Part shown: one piece after another, positions 12,600-32,600 of the stretch
Position numbering within the stretch: position 1 is the stretch's first letter
Layout: the number at the start of each line of letters is the position of its first letter
Assembly: GCA_040954595.2 (NCBI GenBank)
Contig: CM082577.2
Span: 2,852,001-2,916,000 of the forward strand
Direction of reading: 5' to 3'
Source: Balanoglossus misakiensis
Taxonomy: Eukaryota; Animalia; Hemichordata
DNA length: 64,000 nucleotides
The notes under the pieces: model-generated
Database searches by the model: none
Told to the model about the DNA's origin: nothing
The model's input: the letters and a program-made list of their open reading frames with translations, nothing else
Position numbers and translations under genes: made by a program

Positions 12600-13660
12600 A
12601 TGTGTCGTTAATGATTCAAGATTACTGCACATTGTAATCACCATTTTGAAAAGTGAAAATGAGTGAATCAGATGTCAACTTTGACCATGCGTGAATTCAA
12701 TATTTTTTATCTTGGAAATAGAATTGTATTTTATTAAATTTATTGAAATAAAACAAGACCAAATTAAGACACATGAACACTATTTGCCTGTAATATTGCC
12801 TGTAACAGTTGTTTTAGTATAGGAAATACAAGGTTACAGTTGATCGCAAGATACTGCACCACTACGCCTTCGACCTCAAACGACCTTTGTGTCAACGCGC
12901 ATGATGAAAGAAAGAATTACAGAGACGGACGTTGAGGGTGACAATCACTTGATACAGTACATGTATGTTCGACATGTATGTGTGTTGGAGAAGTTGGAGG
13001 TTGAGAGGTGACAAATCGTGAGTGACACGCAGTGTAGTTTTCTACAATACGTGTCCTTTCCAGACGATCTAACGCCGTGTTATCCTGTGCGTAGTTTGAA
13101 TCGAACTGAAGACCAAACTCAATGCGAAAATCGATCGGGGAGAGTGATGGTTCATAGCTTGGCGACCACTCTTCATTTTCACTTCCGGGTAGGTTAAACT
13201 GACGCATGTACAAACCAATTACTAGGACTTAGTTGGGTTTGACTGGTCGGGGACGATGAACTCAGTTAAGACTTTTGCTTGTACGTTTGAATTTGTGAAG
13301 CTAAAGTAGCAAGCCAACATTTTCACCCGTAGTGTTCAAAATTATATCATTGATATATAGACCCAGTCGAGGAGCTTGGTGAGTCCACAGTCACTGTGAT
13401 CTTAATTGTGACCTGACAGACCCACAAACACAGGCGTCGGAATCTGAATTCTTCACCCATACGCAGAACATGCTGTTAAACACTATGATTTCTTTCTTTC
13501 CGTCCTTTTTTCAGAGGCGACATCAATTTTGCACTGATTAAACCTCAATCAAGTGACCTTCAAGCAGAAATCACCATTAACCAGCCGGCTTTGGTGTTTC
13601 TGATTGTTTCACCCCCCTCCACAGTAACCAAAACACTTAGGTCCTCCACTAATACTTAAC

Positions 13661-22052
<8,392 letters not shown>

Positions 22053-23627
22053 CCGTGTGGCGTATGCATGTTACGTGCATATTAATTCTGTACGTGGTGG
22101 ACCTAGGTGTAGAGATTATGGTACCATATCATATATTGACTGTTTGAGTGAATCATAAGTTGTAGACTTGAAAAGTCTTGGAAGGTTTTTTGCTTTTAAA
22201 GTACTTGAAATCTGCTAACCAGGGTCAATGCAATTTTCCTTTCGAGGGGTAGCTTTCAGCAAATTTTTTTATGGTGATGATTATGGTGTTTTTCGTCGAT
22301 GCTTTTTAGCACTGCATCGTGTGGAATTTATTTCCTTGTTTTGTGCGAGTACAATTCATCAGGAGTTTATTGTCTGTGGCAATCAGATATGCAACTGTAC
22401 AATTGTGTTTATTGTGCATTTATGTCAAATGCAAAATCATGAGTGTGTGGAAAGGTCCCCCACTCCAATGACAAATTCAAAACCTGATATTAAATGAGAT
22501 GAAGTGCATATACAAGTATATATACAACTCATTAAAGACCTGGTTCACGGTCATTTTCTTTAAACACGGAACACCGGTACATGTGGAAAAGGAAATTACC
22601 GGACATACAGATCACAAAAGTACCTTTTTATTTACATTTACCAGAAATGAGGGTTTCTCAACAAAATTGTTATTATTGAGTTGTGAATGTGATATGAATG
22701 ATATGAAATGCACTTCATATCAATACCACCTACTCCTTGCATTCATGTTGCTAAGCAACTGTGTCGTTTGTCCCGCTGATCTCTAAAAATGGAAGACGTG
22801 AATTTTCAAGTTGTTTCATTTGATTATCGTCTTTAGCATATTATTCAGTACTGTGAGTCTAGCAATCTTTGTATTGAAGGAAATTAATAAAAGCACAACT
22901 AACTGGTTCTAATTTGCAAACAGTAATGATGCAGCTATAGCTTTCGGAAAAAAAGAAATCTTTCATTAACATGGTTTATATTTTGTATCATATTACAGTG
23001 TAACGACTTATTTTCAGAAACATTGCATAATTTCATATCAAATGAGGCGATTGGTATCAATGGGATATTTATATTGAAATCATTTTGAATGATCACGATA
23101 TTAAAGTATTGATTGGCATAGATTTTAAAGATTAATTTGGTATTATGATTTATAATCATATTCATTCATTTGCTGGACTTTCACTGTTTTTTGTTGTGCA
23201 TTGTGGCAAGAAGGCAATGCTTCATTTATTTTCGGAATAAAATTCTGTTAATAGGTACACGGCCACGCGGTAATTATGTGATGTTTTCTGACATATTAGC
23301 TGTAAGCTTTGGCTTTATTTTCAGTATTTTTGTTCTTGTACCAAATGGGATTTCTTGTTCTACTCCAAACAACATGCTAACAAACCCAAAACACTGTACT
23401 CCTCTTGTCAACATAGCCTATAGGTTCTACGAAAGTCAACCATAAAGATATATACATGCCGACAGAGAACAAAATAAATACAAGAAACTGATTCAAAAGC
23501 ATTTAAACCAAATAATATGGTATAGGTAGAGGTTCATGTAGTTCGGGCAGACCAAATCTAGACCCAGGCCATCATACATATAGGTCGCTCTTTTTGATGA
23601 AACTTGTCAAAGCAGACAGCCACACGT

Positions 23628-26600
23628 TCAGGGCCTGACGAAAAACTCTGAACCATCTTCAGATGACAGATTCTGAAAACACAAAAAAAAGACAAATTTT
23701 ACGATCTCTTCCATACCTTCATATATTTGTAAAAAAGTAACATTTTTCTCTGATGAAACGTTAGGTTGGTTTATAATGTTACCCGTATGGGAGCATGAAG
23801 TATAAGGATGGTCTTACACCAACGTTTTCAGTGAATTCATCCGCGCATGCCAGTCGTATTCTCTCCGAAGAAGCAGGGCTGTCCAATCGGAAGAATCCTG
23901 AGCGACCGGTGTCTGCTCGGGCAGATGAGATGGCGTCCTTGATGGCCAAAAATGCTGCGAATGCAAGATGGACTGGGGACTCTCCGACACTCTAGATATT
24001 CGAGAGAGAGAGAAAGAGAGAGGGAGAGGGGGGAGAGGGAGAGACAGACAGACAGGGACAGACAGAGACAGACGGACAGAGCATGAAAATGAAGATTCGA
24101 CATTATTTCAACGGCTACCTAAAATCATCGCTATGTGAGGTTGACCTTTACCTTGGCGGAATACAATCCAAACTCCCGATGTGAAGGTTTCAACAAAGTG
24201 ACGTTCAACTGACTGGGAATGTCCCCGACTCGCGGCACTCTGTACATCCCCGGACCCTTTGTGAGCAGCTTGCCGTCACGGGAATATCGTAGCTCCTCGA
24301 CGACATACAAACCATATCCCTGTAGAAAAGCTCCTTCAATCTAAAAGACAATAGCATTAAAAGATAAAAAGAAGTTTTTTATCCGGCTTACACAACGTTA
24401 ACAACACCTGGTGTATATAGACATGACCAACCATAGTACAGCAGTTTGAGAGAGTTCGATTGGCTGAAAGTGACCACGTGCATGGACCAGCTTCACCAGG
24501 TGCTTTGACACACTTCAGTGCGCGCGCAACTCTCCGTGTCACCACTTTCAGAGGGAAAGCATCGTGTTGGGTGGCGGCGGCGTGTTCATTCAAGTTACTA
24601 AAAACACGTTAGGAAGTTACTAGTATGTACCAAAACACGTTAACAAGTGAAGCAGAAAACCATGAAGAAACTGCCGAGGACGACCGGTTGTTCCAGGATT
24701 TTGGATAACTAGTTCTCGGGGAAAATTTGCAGGACTTTGTCGAAAGAAACCGCCGTTCCTTCAGGTTTGCCGAAGTCCGTCTAAAAGGTGAGACTACACC
24801 ATACTCTTATGTTACTGATAATATAGCACGAGTACAGTTTAATACTCCCCAGAACAAGATGGTATTTCTGCACATTCATGGCACTTATCAAAGAGCGGGA
24901 CCAGGGTCGTTCAGGGCAGGGTGAAAACGGGGATTTTAGGCTCCGTCAATCGCTCAGTTTGTGACCGTGCCATACTGTTACCCATGTGGCCATCTAATAT
25001 GGCCACATACGTATTTTTAAAGTTGGCATTCGGAGGAATTTGTGTCATTCTGACTGTCCAATATTTACCTGTCCGATGTCCAAAGCCGGGTTCAGGCTGG
25101 CACCAGCATCCGTAACTATATCAGCGCGCCTCAACTGGTGGTCCCCTGTCAAGCAATCTATCTCCACTTCACAGCACGCCGCGCCGTAGCTTTGGTAAAA
25201 CGAAGGCTTGCTATCCCTGGGATTGTCCCAATTGAAAGAAATTTCGTCGGGATATCTGTAAATCACGGAGAAATTAAATCCGAAGGCTATCCCAAAATAC
25301 TCAATTTACATTGTATTTAAACGTTACAGACAGTTAGTCACAAACGATAACATTTTAGCCGACGAGGTGGAATTTTAATTGACATAAGTAACTCCAATGG
25401 AACTGAAAACAATAATCATGTTCTTTTCCTAAGAGAGCAGTGAAATCTGACTTTGTTCGTGTATCCCATGCTACTCTGATCTGCATCCATTTACATATTT
25501 TTTTAAAGAATAAAAGTACGTTGATACTGGATTTTATGAAAACGCGCCGTACTTACTTGAAGAACCCAGACGCGGAGAGACTCACTCTGTTCTTGTACGC
25601 AGAAGCCACCTGAAATTGGTTTAAATTACAAGTCATCTGAAAATGATTGCAGTTCACTAAATAGCTAGTTCCTATAATACAGCTATCGGAATGTGGCACG
25701 GATTGGTCTAATCGTTTCGATGTCAGTTGTAAACCCAGGCTAATTTATGCATGTGATGGCAAATGAGGTAATGAACTAATGAGATGCGCCTCGATTTTTT
25801 GAAGTTTACATCTCGGTAATTGTCACGCAATTGAACTGATCCTGCAACTTACCCAGTCTTCCCATGATCCCTTGGGATTCTCTTCCATAAATGGCCCCAG
25901 TCTTTTCATCAACGTTTCGCAAGCTATCTGTCAGGAGGCAAATAGGAAAGAAGTGAAAAGGTTGAGGGAAAGTTGTTTCATTTGCGCAAGACAGTTTGTG
26001 ACATGGGCAGTTTGTGTCCGAGATGTGCTGTATCGATGTATGCATGCAGACCTTTGCTGTACTTATTTTGTTCAGACCTTGGTTGTACTGATTTGCGAAG
26101 ACTTGACCCTACCTTCACGGCGCTTCCATTCAAATCCGTTCCCGTTGACGCCGCTGTTATTGAGCTGTTTGGAATCTTGTCTGTGCTCATCTCAGTGATG
26201 TGGATTCGTTCTTGCGGTATCCGTAGCACGTGACTGGCAATCTGCACCGTTTTGGTGAACAGACCCTGCCCCATCTCTATCCCTCCGTGTGTGATCAACA
26301 CGGAACCATCCACATACACGTGAACTAAAGCCGTTGCCTGAAATTGCAATTCTGGGTGGTTTATAAAATTTAGTATGACAAACGTTTGGTTGAATGGCTC
26401 TTTTGTGATTAATCCATTTTAAATATCCAAGCAAATGTTCTTTAAATTTATGTATCCCATAACAGACGTATTGGCATATCGGACACCATTCTCATGTTAT
26501 TAAAATTACACATAGCATATACTGTATTATATCCCAGAACGTATCAAAAGTATAACTAGTAAATCTTGTTTCAACTTAATGAGACTAGAAACAGCGTAGA

Positions 26601-29600
26601 TCATTTCTACCTTAAAATACAAATCTTAATTAACGAGTACTACTTCAAAGTATACGGCCAAAACGGCCAACAAAATTGTTACCTGGTCGAGACATGGAAA
26701 CTGAAATCCAGTTAGTCTCTTCAATGGTACGACAGCTAATCCCCGTTTCTTCCAATGATTTGTGCTACAAATAAAAATACGCTCCGGTGAAAATAACACA
26801 AATGTAAACATTTTGACTAGAAATGATGGAGGCACGTGTGACTCGTGCATATAGGAAAACTTAATAGTCATAAATTATCTCGTCGGCATTGTACATCGAT
26901 AGACATTTTCAGTTTTCTGGCGCAAAAGACGGAATAATTCGTATTTCCCTTCGAATGATGAATAGTGAGCATGTGCACAAATGACTTGCCTGTTAAAATC
27001 ATTAATTTCCATTCTACGCCGATGGAACTGACTTTTCTGAAGACATTCATCCCAGCATCTCTGCAGATTTGCAATATCTTTATCTTCTTGGTGAAAAAAG
27101 GGCACATCGCCAACTCTGGACAAGTTAATTTCCCGCAACTGGAGTGGAGAAAAATAAAGCTGACGACACTCCAACTCCGTTTCGATGCATTGACTCGATT
27201 GAATTTGTGAAACGCATATCTAGAACGGTTACTGTACAAACAAATTCCAATACGTCGAGTGGTTTTAGAGACTGAAGATTTTTTAAACAAAAATGAAGAA
27301 AATCACAAAAAATTGCGAACCACAGAAAATTTCAGATTTAAGAACAAAATTTGCGATTAGAGGCTGCGGGAGCAATATATACCGACAAAGCCAACCTTTT
27401 CAGCGGGAACCCCAGTCTTCTTTGCAACATGGTCCATGATCACCTCGATCACTGCCACGCTTGTAGGAGTAGCAGCAGAGCGCATTGACACACATACTGA
27501 AATATTCGTCTTACAGGCCTTTGACACTATCCTCAAGGCGGGCACCTTGTATGGACTTAGTAACTGCATTGTTGCTTTCCCAATGATCTAGGTTGAAAGA
27601 GGCAAAGTATTAATTTGTAGGTTGTGTGTGTTTGGAATCTAGACCTAGTCGTCAATGAATTTTCAGAGATATATTGAACAAGGTACTATACCACAATCTC
27701 CCTCTGCTAGATAAGTAGCTCTTGGACAAATGAACACTGCGATATGGCTCCACTGTACACACGTTTGGTCGAAGAATATAATCTATAAGAATTCTCCAAA
27801 GTAAATTAAATGATGGTAGATAAATTGTAACAGTAACAGTGATTTCTCTTACACTGATAGATTGCCCCTCGGTACAGCCCCCATTCACATACAGTTCCAC
27901 ATCTAGCGCCTTGAGCAGACCATCCTGGGTGCAGCCGACCTTGTACTTAGCCAGTGCTGAATGCCTTGTCCCACTGTATTGCATATCGTCGTCTCTTCCA
28001 AACAGAAGTCTTACCGGTTTCCCAGTTCTGATGGGTTAAACAATTTCAACACATTTATTAATTATATGTAGGCAAACAGTTCACACTTGGATTCATCCTA
28101 ACTGTGAGGACATATACCGACCAATGGTATCTTAGAAAAAAAAAACAGAAAGGGGGCTTTAAAAAGCATATCGAAAACGCAAGTATATTGTCAAAATGGA
28201 GAAAAAACCTTCCACATTTCTGTGCTTACTTTTTGGCAGCAACAGCACAACACCTTGCCACTCCCGTCGCATGAATTTGTTTTCCACCAAACGCACCCCC
28301 GAGCCTTCTCGTCTTAACTGTGATCTTGCTTGCTGAAACGCCAAGTGTTTCGGCCACTTGCATCTAATCAGGAAAAAGGTCTAATTAGTGGAGTTGTTAG
28401 TTTTGTCCCTTCTTTTCACCCCCATCAAATCTTTTTCCGATCTCCAACACAGACTTTGGTGGTGGCCATCTTGTCTGTTGTCAGGACAGCGCACTGCCTT
28501 ATGGCATTGACTGTATACAATTTTTGTAACCAGAGTCTCTGGTTTGGCACATGCGCCCTTTAAGCCAGCTTGTCACACACTGGCACTTGTTATTGGCTGA
28601 CCTGCACATCATGTGGCCATTGTGTCGACGACAAAACCAGCATCTCATCTTTCACCAGAGGCTTGACGATGCAACTCTGTGTTTCCATGTAGTAATGACT
28701 CTGTCCACCGACGTACAATTCCCCTTCGACCACCAGGTCCGACTTTTCCAATTCCTCCGCAACATTGCCTTCTTGGACGCGACGAAACGGCTGGAAGAAG
28801 GAATTCTGTTTGATCGCTTCCTGTGAGATGGAACAAAAATGTCTTTGTCTGACTCTTTTATTTACGATATCCATTCGTGACAGTAATTTCAAAGTGACAG
28901 CTAGATAAGAAGCTGGTCCCGTGCACTATTTGCTATTGAGTATGCCCGTCGTAAGGCTCCAACGCTAAACATAAATATACACGGCGCATTTCTCCGTTTG
29001 TCTGGTACATCGATTATCTTTCATTTGCAGTTTATAATCTAATATCTTCTACATTAGTCATGAGAATTTACAGGTTCTTTTTCCATGGCAGTGCCGTCTC
29101 CCCTGTACGGGAATTAAAATCATGTATACCTCTATGGTCAATATGTAATCTTGATCCCCATAGACAACTTTGATGAGTTTTACTGCTCCGCGAGCCAGTT
29201 CTTGACTTTCTGCTACAATTCCTCCAATCGGCTGACCGACGTGTATGACCTCCGGAAGAATTACAAAAGATGTCATTTGAATGTGGTAAAACTCACTGAC
29301 TCACCCACCCTCTCTCACCCATTCACTCACTCACTCTCTTGTCGTAAAACACGGACACGATCTTCCCTACATGAACCCTTGGTTGTGAGTATAGCTGTAG
29401 TTGTGAACTGCAACGTGTTTCACAAGAATAAAGTCTGTGAAACTTGTACCTTTTCTGTTGCAAAGGTCTCTACATCTTCATCTCCCAGATATTTGCCAGG
29501 CCACGTGTTTTTGCCAGGTACATCTGTGGCATCCACATAACAATGGACACCATCCAATGACAGGGCAGCTGATGCATCAACTGATCTATTGAGCAATAAT

Positions 29601-32600
29601 TAATAATTGAACGGGCTTGCAGATATTGAGACTGGACTTTACATGTAGGCCTGACACTACTTACATTTTGACGTAGCACTACCTGTTAGAAATTTACGCT
29701 GGATTGAATGAAAAAACAAACATTGCTTACATGATTTTGGCATGTGGACGGGTACTAAATAGGATGGCCATGTGCAGTTCATCTGCAAATTAAATAGAAT
29801 AAACGAAAAGTAAAGGAAACGATGATGTTTCATAATAATTCATGCCATGTGCATCGCCCGTGCACCGACCTTAGCAATGGTATTATGATTATCGTAGCTG
29901 CAGGCCTATATTGACGTGATGTCCGAGTGTCGACGACCACCTGCTATTTCTATCACCAATGACTGACATTTTCATAGGAAAGTGGAAACAAAATTCAATT
30001 CGTAGATAGTTAACAGGCCCTTGCTGGGTAAAATTTTCAGAGACTATCAATGATCACGTGGACCCATTTCACGTGGGCATATACACCTGGACCTTACCAG
30101 GTTCATGCGGCACATCGCCGCAGAAGACCGCTTCTCCAGTGACCATCTGGTATCCAGACTCGATCATAACCGGTCGTCCAATAGGATCGGTTGCTGCCTG
30201 CCCATCCGGCACATCCTTGAAAGAAAGGTTAAAACTTGAATACCGTGGTCGGTAATTTTCAAGTCGGTGCAGATTAATGGACACGTGATCAAAGTTAACT
30301 TCACAGAAGAAGTATACACTTGTCCGAAACCAAGTCATGTGATCGTTTTAATGATCGCTGCACTTACCCGATACAGTTGAAGACCAGTGTGCTCCGCCTT
30401 TTCTATATCAAACAGTGCAGATTTGTCAAAGTTCGACACGGACTGGCCTCCTTCAGTACTTGCAGACTTCAATACAAGAGTCAGATTAAGAGGTGTATCA
30501 TTGTACAAAATGGGTCTGGCCATTAGTCATCATTTCAAACGAGCAAATTGCCAATTGAACACACGCAGTTGCGTCAAAAGTAAACAAAGAAATTCAATGA
30601 AGGGATTAAATGCTCACCATTTCTGAGCAAAGTTCATTCAACACTTTCAAGTAGAACTTGAAGAAGAAACTCTGTCGTAGCGAACGTCTGTATTCCACAA
30701 GTCCCCCGTGGGGCGATAGAGGGAGCTCGTTGATCATACGCAGAACATCATTCAGCAGTTCCTCATTCCATTTCCTTTCAACATCAAAATTGAAGAAAGT
30801 TTTCTCATAGTAATTTGCATAAGGATGCATTATTGCACCGCTAACCCGCCACAAGCTCATTACAAATTTCTAATACGCTATATTTTCTCCCAGTTAATGC
30901 CCCAACACCATGAGATAGCATATACAAAATCGCTATTTATAAAACGGGTATCTTGCAATGGCAAACATCCATACCTGCCCACCATTTTGTCGGTCACTTC
31001 GTTTGCCATGGCAACAGTTGGTCCAGTTCCTCCAAAACTGAGAGCAGCCTCCCTGATGACGTCGGTGTTCTCATCGAACAAAACCCTAAGTCCAGCATTT
31101 ACCATGGCAACGTCTGTGTCTCGGCGGTGAGCTTGATTCTTTAGTTTGTATCCGCCGTAAAATTCATTCTTAGTCGAAAAGAAAGAAGTCAACCGCTTTA
31201 GATCTCAAAACGGGAAACACAGATCCCAGTCAAAAGTGATTTTCTTTATAAAATGTATTTTTATGTACAATCACTCCGGAATATACACGTATCGATCACA
31301 ATAACATTCATCGTGGAGGACATGATGAGTTGATATTCTGAAGATACGCTCAAAATGAGCTTTTCAGAAAACCAAGTACATGTACATGAACATGTATGGC
31401 TTTGAGGAGACATTATATTGAATTACCTCCCGAGATGTGGGGATTGTGATGGACACCAATATTTCGTCGCTCTTCAAACACGTTTTCCTGTATGCCGGAA
31501 AAAATGAGCCGTCAAGGACCAAGGTACGAAGTCCTCCTACAAAAACATGAAATAGGCATAGTAAGAATTTTTGACAGAAGTACCTTATCATGGGATATCC
31601 ACGTAGTTCACTGAAACAAGCTCAATGATGGCCTTGTCAGCGAACGCAATACATGAATATTTCCGTTACTGAATTTCTGGCCAATCCCCAAATTGTGCTG
31701 CAACAGTTTTCATATAATAGGAACACAATGCAGTGTTTAAGCTACGCTACCCTTCACTGACGCCACTGTGGCTGTAGCTCCGGCCGCCATTAAAAGTGGA
31801 ATCAGATCAGATAGAGGACTTGCTGCCAAGATGTTGCCACCAAAGCTCTGTCGGATAAATCAGAACGAAACAATGAAAACAGCATAACAGCTGTCGCAAA
31901 GGTGATCTCAACTGGCGTGTATGTAACCCTCGAGGCAAACATCTTTTTATATGAATACAACCTTTATAACGACATCTGATACACGTGTTTAATCTCTTGT
32001 TCTTTAGTTTCTATTAACCTGTGTCAGATATTTGAATAACTCACTGAAACATTTCTCAACTGACAGGCCCCAATCTGTTGTAACATTCCCAGTAATTCCG
32101 CATAAAACCGGCCCCTAGAAGCTGAAATTGCATAAAATGGATTCGGTTAATCTTTTATCCATATGTCGTTCGAAAAGTGCAGCCTGCTCATCACCATATA
32201 CATGAATATCATAAAATTTCAAAAGTTAACATTTCATGCACTACAATTAAAGTAGGCATGAGATGAAAGTGTTAAATTGTATGAAATTAGACTTGCGTGG
32301 CAATGCCTTCCCGCGTTTCTCCAACACTTCACACACTCGAGTCATATTGACGGAAGATCCAATGACGATTGCGTCATCTTTAACATCTACTTGTAGTAGT
32401 TCTGTCACGTGTGCCACTGACACCAACGTCTTGTGGGGCAGCCTCTTCAATACTGGATTAAATGCTGCATTTGAATTAGTGAAAAAAGAAACAGAAAAAC
32501 ATTTGAAAATCAAGCATGTGTCAAATCATAGCCCCACTTGCCCAGACTTTAACAGACTTGAAACATTTATGTAGTTTCTTGTTCACACGATTGAGAGTCT

